A stretch of DNA of 60,549 nt, filler included, from Hydrolagus affinis (taxonomy: Eukaryota), in assembly GCA_012026655.1 (NCBI GenBank). It is 5 parts of 5 records of this genome, joined end to end, with 100 filler letters (N's around TTAATTAATTAA, not from the genome) between each part and the next. Parts side by side here need not be neighbours in the genome. Positions count along the whole stretch, not along the records: positions 10,448 to 24,006 come from JAAILG010020364.1; 4 more parts are not named here. One strand, written 5' to 3'. Below are positions 11,086 through 22,991 of this stretch, in pieces. Every line of letters starts with the position of its first letter. The first letter of the stretch is position 1. Made by a program: the position numbers and the translations under genes. The notes under the pieces are model-generated. The model did no database searches. It saw only the letters and a program-made list of their open reading frames with translations, and was not told the origin of the DNA.

Positions 11086-11435
11086 TGACACCATCTCCCC
11101 CATCCTCGCCCGAATCCATTGACTCCTCATCATCCAGAGGATCAAATCAAGATACAGTTCCTCACATTTAAAGCCTTTCAGTACCTCGCCTCACCCTATA
11201 TCCATGACCTCCTGTATCCTTATCAACTTGCGCATCTCCACCGCTCATCATGCTGTGGACTGCACTACATCCCCCGACCCATCTGCCCAACCAATGGCAG
11301 GCGAGCTCTTAGCCACTCTGCCCCACACCTCTGGAACTGCATACCGCAGTCCCTCCGCTTCGACCCTTCTCTGGCCTCCTGCAAGTCTCGACTGAAGAAT
11401 CTCCTCCTCGATGGAAACATCACCAACTCCTAATC
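11086..11435 (+). mobile_element. L2-clade LINE 3' fragment
   Basis: Degenerate ISPILARIH.L...RIK...LTFKAF and ALSHSAPHLWN motifs of the L2 ORF2 C-terminus. Confidence 0.75.
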
Positions 11436-12000
11436 CCGCCCTTCCATTATTTTGCTCCCACCCATCCGTCCTCAGCTCGGGTGTGAAGCAGTAACTGCCC
11501 AGCGAACGCGAATGTCCGCCTGACGTGAAGGGCGCTGTACAAATGCAATTTTGTTGCTGCGGTTGTTCGTTACACATCTCCTTTACTGCGGGATAGTTGG
11601 CTGTTCCATTTTGGAAGAAGGTTGAAACAACTTTAAGAGCTGTAGGTGATGATTTGCAGGGGTGTGCGCATTCTTCCAAAATACTACTGCAATTCTTGCT
11701 TGTTACACTGTTGACTATTGGTCCAAAGATAGAAACAATGGAAAGAAACATGGTGTTTGGAAACTGAATGAAATAAATAGCATCTCGACCTGCAGCGCCC
11801 AACTCGTTCACTAATTGCTGTCTGCATTTATTGTAACATATAATGATGCGAGAGTTTAGCTGACAAGCTGATCGGAGAGGAATGTGGTTTCCTCTGAGTC
11901 TGGCTGCTGAAGTGTCTGCTCCCGCAGGGCCTCAATGCCTGACCAAGATTCCGCACAAGTTTCAAACAGACGGATCGTCTCCTATGATTAATATGAAGAC

Positions 12001-12039
12001 AGTTTTTGTACGAGCCCTGCTGTTTAATCAACCACAGTG
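12001..12039 (-). other. 23-RSS of the frameshifted TRA/D V segment
   Basis: CACTGTG - 23 nt - ACAAAAACT. Confidence 0.8.
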
Positions 12040-12360
12040 GTGCGACTAAAGGCACAGTAATACACTGCGCTGTCAGATACCAGCAGCTCAGATATGGATA
12101 ATCTGGTGGAAGAACTAGATTTCTGTAGCTGAGCAGAGAAACGGTTTCCAAATCCTGTGCCTTTGACTTGATCGTTATTCTGAGAATATCTCTGGACTAC
12201 AAACTCTGGGAGTTTTTCTGGGTAATGTCTGTACCAGAAGAGAAAGTAATAGCTGGCAAAATGGTAGACGTGGAGTACTTGCAAACCAAATCGACAGTAT
12301 CTCCTTCTTTCTTAACCACCGTGGCAGCTTTCTGACTGACAGAATCGGCGTCACAGAGTT
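12040..12360 (-). pseudogene. TRAV/TRDV: TCR alpha/delta V exon with a frameshift in CDR1
   Basis: Acceptor TTCCAG at 12361; LCDADSVSQKAATVVKKEGDTVDLVCKYSTS, then a frame change near 12250-12270, then SYYFLFWYRHYPEKLPEF...SDSAVYYCAFS. The shift spans a 4-nt homopolymer, so a sequencing error is possible. Confidence 0.85.
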
Positions 12361-12404
12361 CTGGAATAAAAGAGCGAAAGCACGGCTATACATTTATGGA
12401 ATCA

Positions 12405-12620
12405 TAGAATCTTACGGCACAAAAGGAAGCCATTCGGCCCATCGTGTCTGTGCCGGCTCTTTGAACAGAGCAATTCATTCCAACTCCCAAGCTCTCTCTC
12501 CCCATAACTACGCAAAACTTTCCTTCGCAAATAAACGTCTACATCTCTTTTAAAATATATTTTTGCATCGGCCTCCCCACCGTTTCATGCAATGCATTCC
12601 AGATCCCAAAAACCGGATGA
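12405..12620 (-). mobile_element. CR1 LINE 3' end
   Basis: Reverse complement of the CR1 3' tail (GATGGGCCGAATGGCTTCC...ATTCTATGA) seen on the plus strand at 26940-26990. Confidence 0.7.
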
Positions 12621-13109
12621 ATGCAAAAACTTTTCCTCAACTCCCCTCTACTTCTTTTAGAAAGTATTGGATCAGCTCAATTGCGGACTGATTGCTCTGT
12701 CCACTCAGCTACAGGTCTCCCTCCAACAATTGTTGTTGAAATGGAGCTGACAATCAGCAGCGACACTGAATTAGCTCAACGATACCTCATCTGCCGTAAA
12801 GGTTCCCAGCACTAAACAGACAGCAATCAGCCTCATTGCTGCTACTCAGCCTTCGCTGTAGTGTCTGTGTCATCAGTTTGCTGGGAATCAACAGCAGTAA
12901 GCGTCACTGGCAGGTCCCACAGTCCCACGACACCTCATTGACATCTCGCACTTGCTTCAACAACAGGAACCGATTGCTTTTACACAGCCCGATACACCGT
13001 TGAATGTGTGTGTGAGTGTCGTGGAAGTTGGTTGGGGTCAGAAAATCCTCCAAACCAGTTCCTGATAACCCTATTTTCAAAGCGCAGCATGCAGGATAGT
13101 CATAGTAAA

Positions 13110-13440
13110 AATACAATAACAAGAATTTCAATTTATATAGCGCCCACCAAGTCACATGGCGTCCCAGAGCGCTTCACATTAACAGATGCTGTACCCAAGC
13201 CACGGGAGACAGTGAAGGCATGGTCGAAGAGGCAGGTTTATAGCCGAGATCTGAAGTTAGATAGACAGGGGCGAGGCGAAGGGAGTAAGGAAGGGAGTGA
13301 GGAAGGGAGTTCCAGAGCCTTGGGATGCAGTGGCTGAAGGCACGGCAGACGATGGTAGAGCGGAGGATTCCGGGGAAAAGGAGGAGATAGTAGCCTGAGA
13401 AGCGAAGGTAGCTGGTGTGTTGGGGAGAGAGGCTTGTGTT
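13110..13440 (-). mobile_element. L2 LINE 3' fragment
   Basis: TTTATATAGCGCC...AGCGCTTCAC 3' end and GGGAGTTCCAGAG (LWNS motif reversed). Confidence 0.7.
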
Positions 13441-14539
13441 GTAACCGTTTAGCTACAGAAATCCACATTATTTGCAGTACAACGCAGTACCAAGTCTTAT
13501 TACTAATGTGAATGTTGCTATACTAATGATAGGTGTACTGTATTATGATATAGCGCCATCTAGCTTCGTTTTAAAACGAACGACAGTTGATGGGTTGTGG
13601 AAGGATGAGTTGATTTAGAATTATCCGTGCATTCAATGAGAGCCGGGACAAGTCTTACATCATCAATGTTCTTCTCGACACGTTCCTGGTGAACAGCAAC
13701 TTCCAAAGAATTCCTCCAATTCGAGGTCCATACACCCATAGCCATCTATCCAGTTCCCATCTCTCCAGATCTGAACCCTCTCTCCCTCCAAGACCAAACC
13801 CTCCACCCCAAAATTTCACGATCAATGCTGGACTGTCCAGCGCTTTGGGGTCGTACTCCCGAAGTGAAATTTTCTTCGGCGGATGGCGGACCGGTTTTCA
13901 GTCTCTCTGCTCTCACTCACGTATTCTCCATCACATAATCCCCTATGACTCGCTTCCACCCTTGCATGTTTTAAGGCCGGTCTCAAGACCCTCCGCTTCG
14001 ATCGTGCCTTCTACGTCCCTCTCAACTCTTTCCACCTGCGCTTCCTTACTTTCTCCCAAGTTCTTCCAGCTCTCTCGCCCTCCTCTTACAAATCTCTCCC
14101 CCTCCCTGATAACTCCCTCCCTCTCGCCTCCCAACTCTCTCTCCCCCTCCACTCAACTCTCTCCCACGCCACCCAATTCCACCCCACCCACTTCTCCCCA
14201 CTCCCTAACAAATCTCTCAATACCCTCAGAATTCTCTCCCCCTCACCCCCAAATCTCTACCTCGCCTCCAAACTCTCTCCTTTCTCTCCCTACTATCCAC
14301 CGCCGCATTCGGCTGTCCCCTCGAAGTGAAATACGCTCCACAAATGTAATTTTGTTATTGTTGTTGCTTTATCCTAATGCTTTCATTTATCGTAACCCAT
14401 ATCACATATTTGATTTGTATCACAGTATCTCACAGAATATATCATAATTTTATTTCACTACATTTTGTCTGAAAATGTGGCACACGGCAGAGTACTGGTG
14501 TTCCACAAGCAGTCTCAGATTTTGTCATTTCGCTTTTGT

Positions 14540-14730
14540 ATGGGATTACAAGGTTTGCATTCGATATAGCGCTTTTCACATCTTCTAGACATCTCAAAGC
14601 GCTTCACAGATTATATTGTCAAATGAGTTGACAGTATATTTGTCGGCGAAACGCAGCAGTCAATTGCACGCTGCAGCGTCCCCACAAACAGTCGTGGATT
14701 GAATTGATCGAATTTATTTTTGTGGTTTTT
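14540..14730 (-). mobile_element. tRNA/Deu-type SINE fragment
   Basis: Matches the body of the SINE at 60285 (GCGAAACGCAGCAG..., CCCACAAACAGTCGTGGATTGAA). Confidence 0.7.
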
Positions 14731-15329
14731 AACTAGTTACTAAATCTTACTGAAAAGCAACCGGCGGATCGACTACCAACCGGCCGTCACCTAGTGCATG
14801 TTACCAAGAGTAATTAGGCTGATGAAAATTTGCCCAACGTTTATTACTGATACTTATCAAACCATTGTTCTTCTCTCCGAAATCTTTCTCCTACAAATAG
14901 GTCAATTCTCTTTGCAGTATATTCTATGAAGCGCTCTGAGACGTCGGCAAGATGTGAAACGCGATACATCAATAATGCAAGGATTATTATTATTATATTA
15001 TCATAACCTTGCCTCACTTTCCGTAGCTCTACACAGCTGCTACGTGAGCTGTTGGGTGTTCCCAGCGATCTCAGTATTTTTTCCCGTTTAAATTATGTTT
15101 CACTGACAAAGAATTAAACTCAACACAATGTGTCTGTGAAGTTTGTACAATTAACATCCATTGGGACCAGCGGCTCGAAATTATTTTGCCAAAAGCAAAG
15201 CAATTGAGAAAATGAAACATCTCAAACAAGTTGACTGTTTCTATCTGCCGACTCGCAGTTAACTCAATTTACAGTATATTATCTGAAACACGATGAGACG
15301 TCGAACAGCAACAACAACATTAAAGTTGT

Positions 15330-15500
15330 GCAACGCCTTTCACGTCAGGAGAAAATCCCAAGGCTCTCAACAGTTGCTGCTTTAGACACGAGCTGACGAC
15401 GGGGAGGGAAGCGGGTAGCGGAGGAGGTGTTACCGATGGGTCCATCGAAGAGGAGAGTCTTGGGGCAAGACTCGAAGGAGACGCTGTAATGCCCTCATAC
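15330..15500 (-). mobile_element. L2 LINE 3' fragment
   Basis: AAC-repeat tail followed by the reverse of the L2 3' end. Confidence 0.6.
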
Positions 15501-15815
15501 CAAAATCAAAGATTAGTATTGCTCTTGTTTCCTCTATCTTTCCCTATATGTACCATTCTATCGCTTTTTCGCTTGCAGATTGAAATTTTGTCACGTGTTT
15601 CTTGTGAGAGACAGAGCAGCGAAGTTACAAGTAGTCAACTAGGTCAACTGTCAGGAATGGTATCTGTGCTGTCATTAAACCCATTAGCTCCTCTTTGTAG
15701 GTTTATGTACGGCGGTGTATGTGTGTCGCTCATCTCGCTTCTCATGAACACCGACAGGAACTGATACAGAGCTTCTCTCCAGGTGGATGGAAGCACTGAG
15801 CAAGTGATCACAGTC

Positions 15816-15854
15816 AGTTATTGTACGAGTCTCTGACTGGCACACAACACTGTG
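15816..15854 (-). other. 23-RSS of the intact TRA/D V gene
   Basis: CACAGTG - 23 nt - ACAATAACT. Confidence 0.9.
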
Positions 15855-17335
15855 TGTTTCGAGTGCGCAGTAATACACAGTGCTGTCCGACAGCTCCAAC
15901 GGAGAGATAGTTAAGCTTGTGAATTGTATCGACTTCTGGAGCTCAACAGTGAAGCGCTTTTCAGCATAGTCTGCTTTATATGTACTACCACCAGACAGTT
16001 TTTTCAGCACATACTGAGGCTGTTTTCCTTGCTGTTCACGGTACCAGTGTAAAAAGTAGCTGCTCTGAGATGTATCATAACGACATTCCATGGTCACACG
16101 TCCTCCTGGTTTCGCAGACAGTGAAGTCGCCTTCTGTGTAACGGAATCTCCAAGGGTCAGGCCTGAAAGAAAAGAAAGTGGAGGTCACGAGTACACTACA
16201 GCCGTCTGACCTCAACATTGCTTTCAACCATTTCAGGCCATAGGAGTTTCTCCCCCCCCACACCCATCCCCCATCACAATCATAACTCCAGACACGCGTT
16301 GCTTCTCTATTGTTTTGATTGTTCTATCAACAAAAAAAAACACTTCTCCCCAGTTTCGTTCGAACCCATCCCCTTTTGTTTCTCCCCTCGAAGTCTTTAA
16401 CACATATACAACGCATCAGTTAACACACTCTTTTTTCTTTTCCTTTTTCTGCCTTGTCTCCTTTCTCTTTCATGTCCTGCCTCTCCTTCTTTAACGTCCT
16501 TAAGAAACCCCTCCCTCCAAACAAGCCCCAGTCCTGACGAAGATTTGTAGATGCGAAACGTTGACTCTTTTTCCTTTCTCCATGGATGCTGCCTGACCTG
16601 CTGAGTTTCCCCAGCAACTTTTGATTTTGTTTCACTAGTGTAGTGATTATTGCACTCCTCACCCAAGCGACAGGACAGTTTTATCCTGGGAAAGGGCAAA
16701 ACCACAGGCAAGTGTTTATTCGATTGTGACCCATTTCATCGGGATTATTCACCCTTCTGAAGGATAGAAAGACAGATATTATGGAGCTGCTGCAGCTCAG
16801 TGGTTTGAGCACTCGCCTTACAAGCGCGAGATCTGTGTTTGAATCCAGGCTGCTTAGTGAGAAACCATCGACAAGTGTCATAACTCCACACGTACACACA
16901 CACACACACATACACAAAAATAATAATAATCCACCCGAAAAAACACACTGATAAAATTGGTCATTTTAATCTACTACTGTGGGACAATGCTGTGCGGAAT
17001 TGGCAGCTGCGTTTCGCCCGCAAACATATACAGTCTATTCACATTGCACTATATTCCGTGAAGCGATTTGAGACATGAATAAAATATGAAACAAGCAAGA
17101 TCAAATGGATGAATTATTATTATTCGAAATATATACAGTCAATATGCTTTCTAGTGTATCTATTTTAGCACCTGTAAGCTGCTCGGAGATGCGTTGCAGC
17201 AATATATCTGATGTATGGATTACAACTATGATCATTTCAAAGTAAGAAGAAAGAAAAATCGACTCAACCAGAATGATGATAAAAATTACCTGTTAGAATA
17301 GCAGCCAGAGCCAGATACACACTGGCTCCCCACAT
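15855..17335 (-). CDS. TRAV/TRDV: TCR alpha/delta V gene, delta-like (leader 17290-17335, V exon 15855-16162)
   Basis: Leader MWGASVYLALAAILT with G|GTAATT donor; acceptor TTTCAG; GDSVTQ..VTMECRY..YFLHWYR..KRFTVELQKS..SDSTVYYCALET, fully open; canonical heptamer. Confidence 0.9.
16534..16632 (+). mobile_element. Penelope-like fragment
   Basis: CTGACGAAG...CGAAACGTTGACTC...GCTGCCTGACCTGCTGAGT; the reverse of the 7155 element. Confidence 0.65.
16783..17123 (+). mobile_element. tRNA/Deu-type SINE
   Basis: tRNA-like head (GCTCAGTGGTTTGAGCAC...GTTTGAATCC), central GGGACAATGCTGTGCGGAATTGGCAGC domain, ATT tail. Confidence 0.8.
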
Positions 17336-17432
17336 CCACACCACTCACTCCACAGCTCCGTTGTGTCGTTGGAGACAGATTGATTTTGAACTGGGACAAG
17401 ACCCTTGACAGCCAGGTGACACTGGATCACTA

Positions 17433-17446
17433 TGACATCACTTCCT
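17433..17446 (-). promoter_or_regulatory. TCR V-promoter decamer (CRE-like) with overlapping ETS site
   Basis: Minus strand AGGAAGTGATGTCA contains AGTGATGTCA, matching the mammalian TRBV decamer AGTGAYRTCA, about 100 bp upstream of the ATG at 17335. Confidence 0.7.
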
Positions 17447-17689
17447 GATCACAAGTCGTGGCCATCGCCTGCTCAACGTGGGGGGAAGTAAACGGATCAC
17501 CATTTATACGCTCGGGGTAGGAGATGGTGAAATGTGTCTCCTTTGAGCCATTTCAGATTGTTGCCAGGCTTGACAGTGAATTGTAAACTAGATGAGATTA
17601 GATAGGTAATCAACGGTCGGTTGAATGCCGTTGTCAGCTCTCGGCAGGAAAACGCAAATGCCCTCCTCGCTGGTCTCCCCTCCACCACA

Positions 17690-18207
17690 ATCCATTCAAT
17701 TTAGCTCATTGAGACCTCTGCCGCCCAGTTTCTCACCCCCACCAAATTGCGCTCCCTGATGACGCCAGTCCTTACCAGACTTCACTGGCTCCCTGTCTCT
17801 TAGACCATCGATTTCAAGATCCTCACTTTTGTTTTCAAGACTCTCCACTCCTCTGCACCACCCACCTCTCTGAAATCCTCTGTCCCCAACACAGCACCCG
17901 TTGCCTGCGATCCTTCGATTCTGGTCTCTCGCTTGTCCCCCGAGTCCTCCGCTCCAGCATCCGCTGCCGTGCATTCAGCCACTACCCCACGATGCTCTGG
18001 AATCCATTCCACCACTCCATTCGCCTCGCTCCCTCTACCTCTAGTTTCAGGTCTCGGATGAAGACCTTACTGTTCGACCGTGCCTTCGGTCACCGTTTAA
18101 CCCCTCTGTCTGTCCCGGCCAGGGATCCGCTACTGTGAAGCGCTCTGAGACGCCGTTTGCCGTGAAGAGCGCAACATAGCTCGAAGTTGTGCTTGTTGTT
18201 GTTGTTA
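17690..18207 (+). mobile_element. L2 LINE 3' portion
   Basis: MTPVLTRLHWLP..RPSISR..LWNPF motifs, GTGAAGCGCTCTGAGAC end, GTT tail. Confidence 0.8.
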
Positions 18208-18430
18208 TTGGTTCATTTGCGCCTTCAGCTCATAGTCTAAACTGAAACTCACAGTCAGTGCTATATGAGGGTCGCAGTGGCATCAAATGTTCACTCATTT
18301 GAGAAATATTTCTGCTAACATTACTGTATGGAAATTGCCGAGAGTGTTTGCCTACAAAGTACAATAAAATGAAAGCATTACAACTCTACAGCGCCTCTCA
18401 CGGAGGTCGGAATTGGCAAGTCGCTGGAAA

Positions 18431-18746
18431 TAATAATAATAATAATAATAATTCTTATATTTGATATTGCGGTTTTCACATCTTGTCGATGTCTAAAAGC
18501 GTTTCCCAGGAAAAACTGTTAATTAAGTTGACTATATTTGTGGGCGAAACGCGGCAGCCATTTGCACACAGCAGTGACCCCCACAAACAATCGTGGAGTG
18601 AAATGACCTATTTTAGTTGTGTGTTTTTTCTTGGAGAGATTACTGTTATGAGTGTGGAGTAAGGAAACTTGCCCAAGGTTTCGTCCTGACCTGCCTGGAT
18701 TCGAACACTTTTAAGGCCAATGCTCTAACCACTGAGCTACAGGAGC
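18431..18746 (-). mobile_element. tRNA/Deu-type SINE
   Basis: (AAT)n tail, body, and reversed head CTAACCACTGAGCTACAGGAGC. Confidence 0.8.
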
Positions 18747-20185
18747 TAAACAATACTGTATGTGAGTAAAGTACATCAAGTGACATAGAGATTGCATTTT
18801 AATGAACAAAAGCCTTGTGAGAATCAGCTTATTGATAAAGCTTTGTGCAATGCGGATCAAGCAGCAATAGTGTATGTGAGGGAAGCAATGTCAACCGTAA
18901 CAGGAAACACCTGTGATAGCTGCCAACGACTTGATAAAAGAAAAGCACATGGCATGTTACATCATTTACAGCTGATGTTTAGTGTGTTTAGTTCGCCACA
19001 TGGTGGTGGTTTGCAGCTACAGCAGGATTACAATGGAGACATTTGAAAGCAAATTCTTTTAGGAATGTCTTGAATTATCTCTTCCTTTCTCCTCTCGTGG
19101 AAGGTTATACCTTTGTCTCGTATCCCTGCTTGTTCATCATGTTTTACTAGCTTTACTAGAAAATTGGAGGCGAATTTAATCCACAATCTCTTGCCGTATT
19201 CGTGCTCATACTTACGTCCCACTGTCACCCAATTTAAGGTAAATATTTGATTATTTCCTGTACCTATTTATACTATTTTTCAGAACATTGTGGTGTCGTT
19301 GGTCATGTTACAGTATCACAACCAGGAAGTTACATTTATAAAGCGTAATTCCCTTTGGAAAGAGTTCCACAAATCACTATATTCACTTGGTAAATTATTT
19401 ATTAGAATAATAAAATAAACTAATCATTTTCATTATACATATTGTATTACATCAATAGTACAACTTGCGTTCTCTATTTGCCGCAATGTCGATCGGTAGC
19501 ATCGTGTGTTTGGGATTCCCTGCGTTAATTGAACCAGTTTTACGTGGGCAACGTGAAATGAGTTAATCAGTTAATCCACGCCTTATAATGAGAAATTCTC
19601 AATCTCATATTTTGGACAGAACGCAGAGCATTGAACTCCAATATATTTCCGTGTCACAATCATGGTACAGCATTAATTACAGCCAGTCTTGAAGCAATGC
19701 ATGTTTTTTGTAACTGAATAAAACTGGGCCCTAAGCTTTGCAAATTTCTGACTAAATCCATCCCTCTTGCCAAACCACCACCCACCCCACTTATCTCTCG
19801 TCACATGCGCCCTAACGATCTACCTATACTACAGTTCCTCTTGTCAACACACAGTTCTGGAACAATCTCCGTCGCGGTTATTTACTGTAAAACACGGCCC
19901 TGGACGAAATAGGACTAATGAGAACAGGAGAAGGCCATTCAACCCCACGCATAAGGGATGATTATTAGGGGAGAGTTATCCCTGGTAATTATTAATCTGG
20001 TTACTAGTTACCACTAGGCAGTCAGAGGCGTGCGGGTAAAATCAAGAAGGTTTGTGTACATTACAGAATGTTTTGCTCTGCAATGAATGGAACCCAGGTG
20101 CTCTCGCTTGCACAGCGAATGCTTTATCCACTGAGCTGCAGGCCTCAGCATGTGGGGTTTTGTACGGCAGGAACACTGATCTGTG

Positions 20186-20877
20186 GGGCTGAGCGCACAG
20201 TAATACACAGCAGAGTCTGTCACTGTTACTAGGGATATATTCAATGGCACGGTTCAATGCGCTTTATCCAAATTAGTTGAGAAACGTTTTTGTGCAACTT
20301 CTGCATTATTCCCCTTGTTGTTGCTGGTGTATACGTAAAGGATATATTCAGGAGCTGCGTTGGGATAGTGACGGTACCAGAATATATATGGATCGCTGCC
20401 GATTGTAGCTGTATAATTACACAGCAGATAGGCATATTCTCCTTCATTCACTTTCACAGCAGATTGGAGCTGTGTCACAGAGTCTCCTCCACAAAGCCCT
20501 GGAATCGAAAAATATATCATCATTTAATACAGGAGCAACAATTCAAATCATCCTCTTGTGTTTCACACGGCGCCTTGTCGTGTCATTGATACGTCTCCAA
20601 ACAATTCACAAAATAATATGAGCCAAAGCACAATGTTGCTTGTGTAACATTTCGCCCTGTCGTGCCAGGGAATCGAACCGTGAGCCTCTCGTCTGTGAAG
20701 CCAGCACTATAGAAACTGAAATAATATACACTCCAGCTCCTCAAGCTCTCTCTGTATTATTGTGTACTTTATGAGATAAAGCATAGGCATTGGTTAATAC
20801 TTTCGGAAACAAATACAGATAGAATGCTTACCTAACAAGGCAACGATGGCGACTGCGACATGGACGTACATTGTCAT
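20186..20877 (-). pseudogene. TRAV/TRDV: TCR alpha V pseudogene (leader 20832-20877, V exon 20186-20498)
   Basis: Leader MTMYVHVAVAIVALL with G|GTAAGC donor; GDSVTQ..LLCNY..YIFWYRHYP..KRFS; in-frame TGA at 20254-20256; then DSAVYYCALSP. RSS is CACAGAT - 15 nt only - ACAAAACCC (20155-20185). Confidence 0.88.
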
Positions 20878-22259
20878 ATGTATTTAATGACACTCTTTGC
20901 AGGGAGAGCGTTGATAGTGTATTTGGAGAATATTGTCTGGGAGGCAGTAAGATACCGTGAGGAGGGCTGAACAGTGAATGATATACTGAAGTTGCCATGT
21001 GAGGAAGCAGTTCTGAGGTTTATGTATAACGACGTTTGTCTACGTCATTCAGTGTCACTTGCTCTGCTCTGCCCTCTCGCTCCTCCAACCCCGACATATC
21101 TTTGGTCAGTTTGACACATGCAGCAACTTACACCAATAATCCTGTTACAATTCGTCCAAACACATACATGATATTCACGCAAATGTACTGCCTGCGGATT
21201 CGTATAGCTTAGTGGCATCAACTCTCACCCCACAAGCAATGTGTCTGTGTTAGATTCTTGTAGTGCGAAATCTTGGATAAGTTTCCTAACTCTAACACAC
21301 CCAATTCTGTTTGCCCAGCTATCAATAGCAGTTCGGTTATTTCTCGATTGATCCCGTTATGTTGCAGTGTTAATAATCATTCATAAAATAAGCTATTGAA
21401 TCCACAACTGTTTGTGTTACAGTGCTGTGCACAATTGGCAGCCTGGTTTCGCCTGCAAATTGCCGAATCACAATATTTTACAATGTAGTATGAAGCGATT
21501 AGTGAGGTCTCAAGTTGGACAATCTTTTCAGTGGAATCCACTGAGTAGGTACAAAGGGCTAGATAGTGAACTAATCTTGATGGTTTCACATTCCCTGGGG
21601 CAGCTGGCAATTTGGTAAAGAGGTGATACAATCCTTTGGGTTGGACATGTGTGGTGGGTAGTAGGGGGAGTGGGGGGTGGGTGTTCAAAGCCAACGGGTA
21701 CGAGCAACGTGGCGTCAGTAGTTTCTCAGGAATCTTTGTTTTAGTTTAAATTTCCCTTCCTGCCCCGTTTCAGCTCCAAGCTTCTGGGTGTGGGAAATAA
21801 ACACACATTTTTCTAGCATAACTCGTGTGTGCAAGATACGTGCTGTGCATTTTAATTCGCTGAATTCAGCCTCATGTGTTAACATCACCATTTGCAAACC
21901 GTGGGTCTGAAGCATTGGGAAAGCCATCCAGATGCTTGTGAGTATCCAGATCAAACTCTGTCCTGTATTTGTGATTTTATTTGCTAAAGCAGCTTGTTAT
22001 GGAAGAGCCTCTAATCGTTTGATTTGATGTACCGTAAAGTCTACCGATGGTTTATTTTGCACCAGAGAATTCCACACCACATCCTCTTGCAAACATTAAT
22101 GGATCGAAGGCCATCCACCAATCGATTATCAACCAGAATCCAACTTACTTCTCGGCAGAGATACCCCAATAATGCTAATCATAGCATTTGATATAGTGCT
22201 TTTGACATCATACTAACCTCCCAACGCGCTTCTCAGTGTATATCGTAAAGGGAAACGAA

Positions 22260-22600
22260 AATAGAAGTTGTTGGGAAAACGCAGTAGGTCAGGAGCTTCA
22301 AAGCAAATAGGAAAATCAGTCGATCTTTTGGGTCCACGACCCTTCGGCTGAATTTTGCAGTTTTACTTGTTTGTATACAGTAAAGTGAATAGACTGTATA
22401 TTTGTGGGCGAAACGCGGCAGCTGATTTTACACAGCAGTGTCCCACGAAGCGTCCTGGGTTGAAAATGACCAATATTTATTATTGTGGTTTATTTTTCGG
22501 CCGGATTATTATTGGGCAATTCAGATAAGGAAGCTTGCCCAATGTTTCTCCCCGATAAGCCTGGTCCTAACCGCAGAGCTCAAGGAGTATTTGGAACTAA
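22260..22600 (-). mobile_element. Penelope-like fragment plus SINE fragment
   Basis: GTAGGTCAGG...GGGTCCACGACCC segment (about 22260-22350) followed by a reversed SINE body. Confidence 0.55.
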
Positions 22601-22952
22601 TCGCGTCTTCTAGATGCTAATAAATCTCTACTGGTTGTACAGTGGTGTGGAATAACTGTGTATGTTTCCTGCTAAATGTGCTAAATGTGGCAGCCACACG
22701 TGCACAGCAATGTCCCACAAACAGTCATCGACTGAAGAGGAACATTTATTTAAATGAATAATTTTCCACGCGAAAGCGTTCCACCAATCGACGAAAAACT
22801 GTATTCCTACTTTATTGCTACGTAAACAGGAATGTGTATGCGTGTGTGGAGTAAGGTAGCACGTCTATTATATCGTCATGTGGCGAATCAAACTCAGGTC
22901 GTCTTGTTTACGAGGCGAGTGATCTGAATGTTGAGCTACAGTAAACTCAGCA

Positions 22953-22991
22953 TGTTTTTGTACAGGCTCCTCTTAGACACGCAGCACTGTG
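22953..22991 (-). other. 23-RSS of TRAV gene
   Basis: CACAGTG - 23 nt - ACAAAAACA. Confidence 0.92.

Noticed and set aside
11248-11811. 187-aa Cys-containing ORF
   Set aside because: Partly antisense to an L2 fragment; no recognisable domain or splice structure.
12786-12836. Possible leader MRLIAVCLVLGTFTADE for the V exon at 12040-12360
   Set aside because: Its GT donor is phase 0, but the V exon needs phase 1; it cannot be supported without assuming another indel.
13689-14447. 252-aa Ser/Pro-rich ORF
   Set aside because: A product of an L2 remnant plus a pyrimidine minisatellite that lacks stop codons.
15698-15740. TRBV-type nonamer (ACATAAACC on the minus strand)
   Set aside because: No heptamer at 12 or 23 nt and no V exon.
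21015-21056. Nonamer ACATAAACC with a CACTGAA about 22 nt away
   Set aside because: Poor heptamer and no coding segment; it lies in the upstream region of the 20186-20877 pseudogene.
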